Position numbers and translations under genes: made by a program. The notes under the pieces were generated by a model that worked only from the letters and a program-made list of their open reading frames with translations, was not told where the DNA came from and ran no database searches. 64,000 bases of DNA from Heptranchias perlo (Eukaryota): the NCBI RefSeq assembly GCF_035084215.1, contig NC_090356.1, forward strand, positions 20,708,001-20,772,000, read 5' to 3'. This document shows positions 1-12,300 of the stretch, one piece after another (position 1 is the stretch's first letter; every line of letters begins with the position of its first letter).

Positions 1-474
1 TTATTTACAATTTATATTTTATTGATAAGCATTGTTGGGCCTCCATGTATGGAAAGATTGAGAAGATGAGGTACCTCACCCAGCAGTGGTTAGGTGACAC
101 CAAACTAGGGTTTAAAAGGTATATTTGGGTTTCTCTCCTCCCGCAGCTGAAGGCAGTGGGGATGCATGAGGATAAATTCACCAATCCCATGTTCCCAGTG
201 GAGTTAAGGTTACAGCAGTCTAGTTAGTGTCTATTCCTTGACCTGAGGTCCAGCTCAATGCGTCTCTCCGCTGGAAATGCGGGATCCCATGTTTCCAGAT
301 GTGTCTCCCGGGACTCCGACACCTGAGCTGAATGGCTATACTTCATTTGAAAGCTGAGATCGTGAATATCATACAGGCGCTGTCTATTACGGTCCCTGGA
401 TATCCCCCCTCCCCAGCTCAGTCATTAATACAATATAATCCTAGCTCATTTACTGCTGTTCTGGCGGAGTGGTG

Positions 475-790
475 TCAGCCATAGCTGAGGGAGTACCGAG
501 GGAGCACTGCACTGTCCGAGGCGTCACCTTTCGGATGAGTCTTTAAACCAAGGTCCTGTGATCCCATGGCACTATTTCGAAGAAGAGCAGGGGATTTCCC
601 CCTCAATATTTATCCCTCAACCAACATCGCTTTAAAAAACCAAGATTATCTGATGATTATCACGTTGCCGTTTGTGGGATCTTGCTGTGCGCAAATTGGC
701 TGCCATGTTCACAAAAAGTACTTAATTGGCTGTAAAGCACTTTGGGGTGTCCTGAGGTCGGGAAAGGTGCTATATTAATGCAGGCCTTCT
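475..790 (+). mobile_element. SacSINE1-like SINE, partial
   Basis: Same core and tail as 2782-3243. Confidence 0.75.
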
Positions 791-2781
791 CAGCACAGAG
801 CAGGCATTTAACTTGTGACCTCCAACTTGATTATTTTACACTATAGATAATTTATCTGTTTTTTAAAAATGGGTGCTGAGTGTTTGCTTCTGAGGGAGCT
901 GTTGGTCCATGGGCTCTGAGATAAACAATGATCCATTCATGAGTTCAGATTGGTTACTTTCATTTTCCTGAGGGAGGTTTTTAAGAAGTACCACTTTATA
1001 AAGATTTGGGTTTACTTTCTGTATCTCATTCAGTACTTTATATAACTCCATAAGGTCCAATCTGAGACATCAGTTTTCAAGGTTGATCAGATGATTCCCA
1101 ATAGCTCTTCAATTTGCCATCAAGGATCAGCCGAGTTCCTCTCCTCGGCACTGCCTGAAGGGGGCAGTAGTCCAGGAGGCCACAGGTTTGGGTATTGGAT
1201 AATGGCAAATTGTGGACAGACAGCTGGGGGAGTCTCTTTACACAGAGGGCAATGAGCAGGTACAATGGGTTGCCAGTGCAGGTGTCAAGACAATGGATTT
1301 ATTTACAAAACAGCTAGGTGCCGTAATGGGAAGATGATGGGGTTGCTTTTCTGGAAGGAAGAGATCAAATGGGCTGAAGGTCCTTCTCCATCCGAACCTA
1401 TCTTGCGATCTATACAAAATTAATTAAGTCATTAGGCTATGAGTAAACTTAGCAGCTTTCCATAATGTAGAAAGACTCCTGTGTCTGGTTTCTCGTTCCC
1501 TATAATCTCGTATTATTGGGTGTAACTTGCCAGGAGTTACAATGCCCCTCTTCCATTGTAACATCACAGTAGGATGTTACATCAGATTTGTGATGTGTTG
1601 GGTACAGTAAGAAGCTGATGGCAGTTTGTTGAGAGAAAGACAGAGATTGTGGTTAATGGTTGTGGTTCTTTGACATAGTTTGAATATTCTGATATAAAAT
1701 GGGAAATGACAAGCACAATCAGAAAATAAGTACAAGCTGTTTTAGATATCAGAAAGCCAAGCAGGAGATTAAGATTGTACAGGCAAATCATCTATATTAT
1801 TAGTCTGTACTTCAAGGACAAAAAAAATGTAACAGACCATTGCGCAGTGTGGTACTGATCCAGACAGGACAGGAAGGCCCTTGGTCTGTGTTGAGTTTGC
1901 AAGTGTCGGCCAGAACATTGGCGTGGGCTTGGGAGGGCAAAGTCAGCCAGGGGTCATGCACGTGATCACTATACACTGACCCCTGACGCAAGTGCGAAGC
2001 TAAGATCAGCCTGATCTATGATGCCTCACATGGTTGAATTGCCTGCTGATACTCAGGCCTAGATTTCCTGCCTTCCCCTGCTGGCATCACTGGGAAATCA
2101 CCTGGGAAAATACTCCACCACATTCGCTCCCATCGTGCGCTCCCTGGGACTACTGGAGAAAGATACACCCACTCATTGGTAGGCAGAGTAAAAGTGTGCA
2201 CGCAGCAGAGAAATATATCCTGTGTCGTATTTCCCCTGATTTTCCAGGTTGGAATGCAAGAGGCATGTGTTAGGCCGAGGTGTCTGGTGTACTCCTGGTG
2301 GCAGTGGCGGCCCAGAATTGTTTGTTTTGCGAGCCAGGGCTGTGCAAGCGAAGGCTGCAGAGTCTTTGGAAAAGAAAACGCTTTTCACAGGGCAGCACTG
2401 CGGCTACCTGCAACCACCGGTGCCCAATGCTACAAAACTCCGCTCCCAGTGTGGCGTGACCCCTCACCACCACCATCCCCCCCGCCGCATCCGCCCACAC
2501 GGCGGGCCGGAGAGCCTGTCTCCAAAATATTAATGAGGCTGAGGCTGGAAGGTTGTCTGGGGTCAAGGGCGCTTATCCACGGCAAAGGGAAATCCCTTCC
2601 CTCCAGAAATGTACTTGAATCAAAGAAGGGCAGAAGATCCTGGCCTCAGTGTCTAGGCTCATGCACGAAGAATGGCCACTTAGATGTGATGGCAGAGGTG
2701 GCAGATGCCCATGAAATGACCCCAACAAGATGCAGAGGACGAGGTGAAAGAAATGATTAAATTAGAATATTGGATTCTGAT

Positions 2782-3243
2782 TCTGTGGCTCAGTTAGTAG
2801 CTCTCTTGCCGCTGAGCCCGAAGGTCATGGGTTCACGTCCCACTCCAGAGACTTGAGCACAAAATCTAGGCTGACAGTCTGGTGCAGTACTGAGGGAGTG
2901 CTCCACTGTCAGAGGCGCTGTCTTTTGGATGAGATATTAATCCGAGGCCCTGTCTGCCCTCTCAGATGGATGTAAGAGATTGCATGGCACTATTTTGTAG
3001 AAGAGCAGGGGAGTTCTCCCTGGTGTTCTGGCCAATATTTATCCCTCAACCAATAGCGCTAAAACTGATTATCTGTCATTATTTCATCGTCGTTTGTGGG
3101 ACCTTGCTGTGTGCAAATTGGCTGCCATGTTTCCTGTATTACCGCAGTGACTATACTTAAAAATAAGTAGTTCATTGGCTGTAAAGTACTTTGGGGCATC
3201 ATGAGGTCATAAAAGGCACTATATAAATGCAAGTCTTTCTTTT
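2782..3243 (+). mobile_element. Full-length tRNA-derived DeuSINE (SacSINE1-like)
   Basis: A/B-box head (TGGCTCAGTTAG...GGTTCA), Deu-domain core, L2-like tail ctatataaatgcaagtctttc; many copies in the window. Confidence 0.85.
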
Positions 3244-4741
3244 ACAATCAAAGTTTGGTTTCTTTCTTCCAGTTAGTTACTTTATCTCATTTCCTCAGGT
3301 ACAATCCACCCCCCTTCCCCCTCAGACAATGCCTCCATACAGAGTGTAAGTAGTGACCTGCTGACCAGCTTCTGGCAGGGCCACTGTGAATCCAGTCACT
3401 AGGGGGCACAAGCCAATCCTGAGCCCCTAGTTGAATATATTTTCTGCCTGAGTTATGCCAGTTTTCTGGAATTACTTGAGCTGGGGGTTGGAAATGTTGG
3501 GCAATGGACCAAATTGGTCACTGCCCAATTCTGCATTGTAATGTGGACCTTCTGGCATCACTTCCGGTGAATGCTGGAAACAGCGGACCAAATCCAGGGG
3601 TGCCTATTCAAATAAGGTGGTTATGACAGAGTGATGTCATATGCACGTTCCAGTCATGACCTCCTTAGTGATGCTGGGCACCAGTAACACCAGCGTTTCA
3701 TTGGCAGTGGGGTTTAAAATTTAACTGGCCCACTCCATTGAGTGCTCTGCCCCCTCCCACCCATCAGATTTTGTTGGCCCCACAATTCTGTCTGCCAGAA
3801 ACCCGCAGCAATTCTCTACCCCCTCAGTGCCACCACCCCCCCCCACCCCATCCCTCCACTCGGGCGGTGGGCTTCCCAGTGCAGGCGGAAACTGGGATCA
3901 GTGGATGGATGGACAGAAGTCCCATTGCAGAGCTTCTGACCGGCGATGTATAAAACCACAAATTCACTCTTCAATAATCAACGATTTTATTAAACAATCA
4001 ATTCAGAAAAAAGAAATGGTCAAACAATAAAATCTACTCACATTGTAATCCAAACTGGTTCGAACAGCCACCTAAAGTATTACAATTGGGGAGCACCGCA
4101 GCCTGTACTGTTACTGGCCCTCTCACACATTGACCGGAAGGCATTAGCACAGTAATGTCACACAGTGTAATTTCTAGCTTTGTGCCCATTCTTCATCTGT
4201 GAGGCTAGACAGGGAATGTCAGCGTGCTATGCCACCACATGGGCCATCACAACGGTGCCCAATCCCGAGAAGAGGGGAGAAAAGCTGGAGCAGAAAAATT
4301 ATTGAAAAAGAAACTCATTATAAAAATACAGAGTGAAGTAGTATTGTGGTTCTCGGTGTCTGAAACACTCGAGGAGATTAGGGTACTGCACATTAATCAG
4401 TCATGGCCATCCAGTACTCTCTGTGTAACAGTGCTGTTTGAGGTACCTCTTCACTGTGCATATAAGGGGTCATATTCTGAGCCTTGCCCACCAGGAGTGC
4501 ATGTTGGAGATTTGGGTGTGCGCTTGCTAATGATTTTCTGATCATTCAAATTGTTAGTTGGAAAATCGTGTAAAATATGCACTCCAATTCCTGATCTGTG
4601 CTCCCCATGGCAAGGTTTACCTGCAGGGAGTGTGAAGTTGGAAAAATGCCCCCATCGTGTAATCTCAGCTCTCTTAACCTCCCCACTCCCCAATGCAGAA
4701 CTGCTTGGTTGGTGCTGTTTCTAATATATTTTTTCCTCCTA

Positions 4742-5180
4742 TTTTGTGGACTGGAAAATTACCAATATCACTCCATTATTTAAGAAGGGTGGGAAAGAGA
4801 AACCAGATAACTATAGGCCTGTCAGTCTAACGTCAGTTGTGGGGAAGCTACTAGAATCTGCCATTAAGGATAGAGTGACTGAGCACTTGAAGAAATATGA
4901 GCTGATCAGAGAGAGTCAGCATGGCTTTGTTAAAGGTAAGCCATGTCTGACTAATTTAGTTGAATTTTTTGAGGTGGTCACTACTGTGGCAGTTAAGGGA
5001 GTGTCTATGGATGTTGTCTATATGGGATTCCAGAAGGCATTTGATAAGGTTCTACATTAAAGATCATTTGATCAAAATGAGAGTGCGCGAATTGGAGGTA
5101 GCCTTTTGATTTGGGTTGGAAATTGGTTGGGAGGTAGGGGACAGAGAGTGGGGATAATGGGTAGGTACTCAGATTGGAGT
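4742..5180 (+). mobile_element. CR1 LINE reverse transcriptase fragment
   Basis: PLFKKG..NYRPVSLTSVVGKLLE..SQHGF..FQKAFDKV. Confidence 0.9.
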
Positions 5181-5532
5181 ATATGCTGTGCTGGTGGGGA
5201 CGTTGGGTCCAAACCCGTCATGGGGCAAATACATCATGCATGGTTCCACAGACTCTAGTACCTTGATCAAGATGGCCATTCTTTATGATTATGACAGTAA
5301 GCGTCAAGTGACTGTTGCAACATAGAGGGCATTACAGTCAATTAACTCAGAACAGGTCCCATGATTTGAACCTGGTACTTTGTCTGAATGGATAAATTGC
5401 ACATTGACTTTACTAACTGAGCCACCGAAGGAGCGACAGTACCTCACAGTTCCGTAGGAAGGAGAAAGCCTGAAAATACACTGTAAAGACAGATGGAAGT
5501 ACTGTGCCTACAACAAGTGCTGTAAAAGTACA

Positions 5533-6316
5533 CTATAGGTCTTTAAGGAAGGTGACAATGTTGTCAATAGCCTTTTTCCCAGACGGGAAGGTCAGGTAAC
5601 CATTATCGAAGAAGCTGACAATGCCATGGAAGCCATCTTGAACATGGTACCAGGATACTGGAACGCCGTTGTCTTCCAGCCTCTTTTTGAACAGCAGTCC
5701 GTCGTCCCGAAGCACGTCGAACTCGCACGTGAGAATGTACGCTGGCGGCAGTCTCTGGATGGCGGCATCGCTGGCAAGAAGAGGAGAGAAGGTCGGCTCT
5801 AAGCTGGGCTTAACAAGGTCATAAACATCATCATCATGGGTTAGGACAAGACTGGGCTTGTAACCTCTGACCTTAAACTCACTGGGGATCAGATCCGCCT
5901 TTAGCCACTTCCTGTAGTTAGTTTTGAGTCCCACTGGAAGGTGTTGGCCTGACAGTACTTCCTCCCCCAGTGACATGTCACCGTTCAGATAGTGCAGGTA
6001 GAAGAAGACCATGCGTGTTCGAAAGAGGATCGGCACCGATTGGTTTTGCTGGTAGGACGGTAGGTTGAAGTCGACCATTTGGAGAGCCGGATAGATCATG
6101 ACCTGGGCACAGAGAGATGGCAATTCTGAGCTCTCCTCCATGGCAGTGATTCTCAGACACACGGCTGCAGTTAAGTTGCCCCCAGCACTGTCCCCACTCA
6201 CAACGATCCTGGTATTGTCAACTCCGTAATCTTCTGCGGTCCTGAGGAAATGCAGAGTGGCGTTTAGGCAGTCTTCAAGCTGAGTGGGATATCTGTGCTC
6301 AGGTGCAAGACGGTAC
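5533..6316 (-). CDS. AADACL4: AADACL exon 4 (YRLAPEHRYP...GDSAGG...FLKDL*), catalytic triad
   Basis: Acceptor tctctag|G; contains ORF 5533..6201; TAG stop at 5535-5533. Confidence 0.95.
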
Positions 6317-9300
6317 CTAGAGAAACCAGTAGGAAAGCATTAAAATCAACTAGGGTTAGCCTTATTATCAACCTCGGCGAGGGGCCAAAGCCCGTAGTGC
6401 AGGGTACCACCAAGGTTGAAGAGAAAGAGAGAGACTGTACTGCTTGAGGTGGTTAAGTCAGATTTGTCCGTCAGATGCCATGTCTCCTTTGACCTGTGGC
6501 CCATGGACTACAGTCCACTGAAGTGGCTTTTTTACCAGGGAAATGGTGGGGGTGGGTAATGATCTGAGATCTGAAGGAATGGAGATTTTCAAGAGTAGAG
6601 GAAAGGCAGCCATGGACCAGAATGATGGAGGTGTTGGTGCTGGCACGAATGACAGGCTTGAGAGTGCAGTTGTGAGTTGTTTTTCTAGGGATAGAAAGGG
6701 AGGGTGCAGGAGTTGTGATGGGCAGATGATGTGTAAGAAGAAAGAGGTGAGTGGTCATAAATGCCCTGTGTGATGGTGAGCTTTACTGGTTGTGTGTGTG
6801 TGTGTGTGAGAGAGAGATGGAGTTTATGCAGTGAGGTTAAGGGAACAGAGAAGTGTGGAAAAATTGGTGGAGGTGGGGAGGGTGAGTCCAGATGTAGTTT
6901 GGAAAGATTGAGGAGTTGTTCAGTGCAGAGACTGAGAATCAACATTAGAAGATTTAGGTAAGGAAGGTACTGGGGGAGGGTAAACAATGAGAGGTTGGGA
7001 CGGTGGTAGTGAGGTCTTTGATCTTTGGTCTTTGGAAGGGAATGAGGAGACTGTTTGGGGAATCAGAGGGGACATGGAATGAGGAGAGGAGGTTTGAAAA
7101 ATTGATTGTTGGGAGCCTCACAAATGGAGAATTTGCCTAAAGAGTATGAGAATCAATTAGACGAAGCCTGAAGATGAGCCTTCTTAGTGAGGCTGGTGGA
7201 TATCTTCAATGAGGGGCAAGGAGTCACCAAGTTTCAATCAAGCCCAAGACAAGTTTGTGAACAGGAAGGGCCCTGTTCATGAGAGAGCGGACATTTTGCA
7301 GTGCGATGCTGAGGGGGCGGGCAGCTGGAAAACTCACAAGGGGGGAATTGGAAGGGAATGAGGAGGCTCTTTGGGGAATCAGAGGGGACAAGTAATGAGG
7401 AGAGGAGGTTTGAAAAGTCGATTGCCGGGGAGCCTCACGGATGGGGAAAGTGCCAAAGGGGCATGAGGCCACTTAGATGGCTACTTGGAGAGAGCTGGTA
7501 GTGTGTGCCATGATAAACGTGGTGGAGGATGCCCAGGGAGGGTCTGGGCTTATCCAGGTGAGACATGGCTAACATGGTGGCAGGATGGGAGTTCAACAGA
7601 AGAGTAGTGATGGATTGGGTGGGAAATCCACAAGATCAAAGAAAAGTACAGAAGGCAGGAGGAGGGGACAGTGAACAGCAGAGATTGGGAGAGAAGGGGC
7701 AGGAGGTGAGGTAGGGAAACAGGACAGGACAGGACAGAGACTCTGGTTTAATATTGAGTTAACTGTTATGAATAGAGTGACTAACGGACCATCAAAAACT
7801 CTCAATGTTTTCATGGAGTAATACATAAAAACTATCTATTTCTAACGCATTTGTTGGGAATGGGGAAGCAAAACAGTCTTTGGACCAGTAGTTGTCCCCT
7901 TTAGCGCTCATGACATTCGTCCTGAGACCAGGGTTGTCCAACCTTTCATAACAATGCACTGGATTGATGTGCCCTGACTATAGTGAGTGGGCCGTGTAGG
8001 ATTACACTGCCTCTGGCAGAACCATGATTAAACAGCACAATTAACAAAACATTTAGAACAGAACCTCCCGCCAGATGAGGTTGATAAGAACAGTAGGAAT
8101 AGAACGTTCTGGAGCAACAGTTATGTAGAAACACATTTCTCTTAGTGATTTAGTAAAGTTGCAAGGAAAGAAGCCTTGCTTTAGTTCTGGGAAATGAAGT
8201 GGGGGCAAATCGCTGATGGGATAGGAGAACAATTGGGAAATCATGAGCACAAAATAATTGGGACCAAAGTAAGAATGGAAAAGGGTCATGAAAAGTGAAA
8301 GGTAAGGTTACTGGAGTGGAAAAAGGCAAAGTTCAGTGAGATGAGGGATCTGGCCCAAAGCAACTGGTCTAAAAAGTTAGCAAACAGAATCATGGATCAT
8401 CAGTGAAGAATCTGCAAATGTAAGATGGATAGAATACAAAATAAATATATTCCTATCAAAGAATAAAGTTCCACGGATAACATAGGAAGATGTGAATTGA
8501 TTAGCATAAAAAGGCCAAGGTCCATCTAGTTCACCTTCTACCATCCTGGTAGTCGCATGATACAATGATAATGGAGTTGTTGACTAATCATAGCAATCAA
8601 TCCCTACAAAGAGAGAGAGATTAAATCTAAACAAACTTACAAAGGAGGCCTGTGATAAAATTAGGGCTCACAATACTGAAGACAATCAAGAATATAGAAA
8701 ATGTAGTGGAGAGTGGAAAAGGGAGATCAGAAGGGCTAAGGAACAAGATAAAAGGCTAGCAGATTATATAAAAGGAAATAGTAACTGCTTTTGTAAGTAT
8801 ACGAAAAGTAAAAGAATTTTCAAGAGAGGATTGCACAGCTCAGGAAGAAAGGAAGGAGTCTGATTGTGACGGATAAAGGCATGACGGTGATATTAAATAA
8901 ATAGTTTACATCAGTTTTTGTTTACAAATGATGGTGGAAATGTAAATGTTAGGATGCTAGAGGGGGATATGGGATGATTGTTAGAGATGACTGTAGAAAA
9001 GCAATTGGTTCTGAAAAAAATGAGCAGAACTCAAGGTGGATAAGTCACTGGGTCCTGATGGCTGAACCCTGGGCTGTTGAAGAGAGGAGATAGCAGGGAC
9101 TCTGGCCACAGTATTTCGGTCTTCCTCAAATATACAAATTGTGGGACTGGATAGCCACCGATGTATAATCTCTGTATGAGAAAGGAGAGAAGGACAAACC
9201 AAGTATTTATGGGCAAATTATGGGCAAACTCTTTGAATCCATTAATCAAGATAAAATTAGAGACCATTTAGAAATGTATGGGTTGGTTGACAGACAGAAA

Positions 9301-12300
9301 ACAAAGAGTTAGAGGAAATGTATGTTACTTTGATTAGAGAAGGGTTGGAAGTGGTGTGTCCCAGGCTCAGTGCTAGGTCCACTTTTGCTCTTGGTATCTA
9401 TCGATGGTTTGGATTTTGGCATTGGGAGCACAATCCTGAAGTTTGCTGATGACACAAGAGGTTTGACAAACAGTGAGGAGGACTGCAAAAGATTTCAGGG
9501 AGACAAACAGTGGAATGGGCATACTGGTAGTGGATCCAATTTAATATGGAAAAGTGTGAGATATTTTGGGAGAAAAAACAAGGTAATGGGAGTATGTACT
9601 GAATGGAAATAAGTCAAAGGGTGTGACCTACGGGTTCAAATACATAAATCCCTAAACATGCGAGTGCAGGTAGATAAGGCCATAAAAAAGGCCAACAATA
9701 TTTTGTGTTTTATAAATTGGAGCATTAAGTACAAGGGTAAAGAACCAAAAATAAATTTGCACGAACATCGGCTAGGACACAGTTAGAGAACTGAGTCCAG
9801 TTTTGGGCAGCCCACTAAAGAAAAGACAGTAAACCATTGAGAGCGGGCAGTGTAGATTCACTAGGATGATACCAGGGATGGGAAACTATAGTTACGAGGA
9901 GAGATTTGAGATACCAGGACTATTTATGCTGGAAGTGACTGACAGGACATTTAATAGAGGTTTTTAAAATAATGAAGGGTTTTGACAGCGTGAATACAGA
10001 AAAGGTTTTCCCTTTGTTGGAGAGTCTATGATGAAGGGGTCACCAATTTGAAATTATCATTAAGAGAGTGAGGAAAGAGTTCAGGAGGAATTTCTTTATA
10101 TAGAGGGTTGTTGGAACATGGTTGAGGCAGAGACCATTGCATCAGCAGGAGGGCATTCAGCCTGTCATGTCTGCTGGCTCTTTACTAGGACGCTCTAAAC
10201 CTAATCTCAAATCCTGCACCCCCCCCCCCCTTATAGTCCCGTATCTTTCTCTGATTCAAATATTTATCCAATTTTCCCATAAAAGTGCTAAAGAGAAAGG
10301 GTGGGACTAGTATGAGTCGGGATTGCGAGCGGTGACTTTCAGCATAACAATAGGATACATAGGAATGTAATAAGAGTGCGATAAGCATTTGCACGTGAAC
10401 ATAAAAGGCGAGAGGTTCTACCCTCTGCTGAGGGGAGATTCGGGCTCAGCTGTGATTCCACCGTAGTTGAATAGCTTTCCAACTCTCCAGACTCTCAGAC
10501 AAAGGACAAAGGGCACCTGGAGGTGTTGGAATTCGATGACCCAACCATCGAGAGGAGAGGGGAAAAATTAGACAGAAAACAAAACCGTCCCCCTCACTCG
10601 TGAATGAGATCACAGACTGGAGTGGACGATTGACCTGCTGGAAGAATTAGGTTCCGCTCTGCACAGCAGTTGGCCCCAAGCAGTGCTGCTTTTAAAAAGA
10701 TTAAGGTGAGCCCAGCATTAACAATTTGCCAATTTTATTAAGCACAGTGTCCCCCTGTGTAAGCAGGTTGTTGGTACTCACTCCACGGACACCACGACCG
10801 AGTCCGTTTCCTTGGCGATGTACCGGCACAAATTGTCATAATCATCTGAGGAAGAAAATCCACATTAGTTACTAGGAATTAATTTTGTGCTCATCAAGAG
10901 GAGGAATGTTAGTGCTGAGAACCCAGTTTCAGCATCAAACATGCACTCCCATGAAGTGATGCCCTGAGCTGGGAGCACTCAATCATAAAATTCACCCCTG
11001 TACACCTTAGTGCAGGGAGTGAGCCTTTGGTTAGCGGTAGCATTCCCGCCTCTGAAGGGTTCGAGCCCCACTCCAGGCAGCCCCGGTGAGTGGAGACTAG
11101 AATATGGTCTCTAAATACTGGGGTGACGTCCAGTGGGGGACTCGTATCCGGATGGAGTGACCACTGGCTCAGGGGTAGTGTTCCCGCATCTGAGTCAAAA
11201 AGATAGGGTTCGAGCCCCACTCCAGACAGCCCCGGTGAGCGGAAACTAGAGCACCGGATCTGAATACTGGATTGACGTCCAACAGAGGTACTTGCCCGAT
11301 GGGTGCAGGTGCCTCCACCTATCATAAGGGGTAGGTGAGGCTTTTTACTCTTGGTTGCAGCCCACCCAGGAGAAGGTAATCTGAAGATATAAACTGTGAG
11401 GAAGGCAATGGGAAACCACCTCAGCTACACATCCCTAGTAAGTGTCTCAAGAATCTCATGTGAGTTTTGAGTTAGGGGAGAACACATCTGAGAGACCTTA
11501 GTGCAGCAGTGTCCATGTTTCCTGTCTTGATGGGCTGCACGGGTCTGTCCCATGGAGTCTCTGGATGTAAAAGGCATGTAAAGTTTAAATCTCTGTTCCT
11601 GTTAATATATCTCAGATCTTGGTTTTCTGATATAGGAATAATCCAACAATGAGGCAATCATGCTAAGAACAGTCCGTTCTAAACCTCCAGGCCCACAAAA
11701 TTTAACTAGAACAAACCAATGAGTACAAATATAAATAGGACTGCGTTGCCTGGGCTTTGAGGGCCAATTGCCAGGGCTCAGGGGCCTTGAGCTGCTGTTT
11801 GGACACCTCTGACTTTGTCAATAGGTGCGCTGGCTGGTGTAGCACTGAGACTTACAGACCAGAAGGTCCAAGGCTCCATCCCCAGCCTGTGCTGAGTTAG
11901 CTGATCTCAGCCTGTACACTGACAAGTGTGCACCAATTACCCTCAGCATCTGTGGCTTAGGGAAAGGAAAATTCAGCCAGAGTTCCTACTCCTGATTGTT
12001 ATCAAGTGACTCCCTGGAATGTGAGTGAGTGTGGATGTCGGGCGAGGTGCTGGCTCATCCTGAGGGTCATTTCCAAGGTTACCAGCCGCACTCCACAATG
12101 AACCTGGCGGCGAGGGGTCAAAGTTCCTCTCGGCTGAAAAGACCCCCAGTCAAACAGCCAGGAGATTAAAATTCCACTGGGTGCTTCTTTTAAAAAAAAA
12201 GAAAAGTAAGAACTTGCATTTATATAGTGCCTTTCACGACTTCCGATGTCCCAAAGCGCTTTACAGCCAATGAACTGTGGGGCATGGCTCTGCGCAAATT

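Noticed and set aside
2782-2860. tRNA genes at SINE heads
   Set aside because: A/B boxes present but no cloverleaf; they continue into the SINE body
1-5500. Second AADACL paralogue or CFAP107 exons; 194-aa ORF 2176..2760
   Set aside because: No family motifs or convincing splice structure seen
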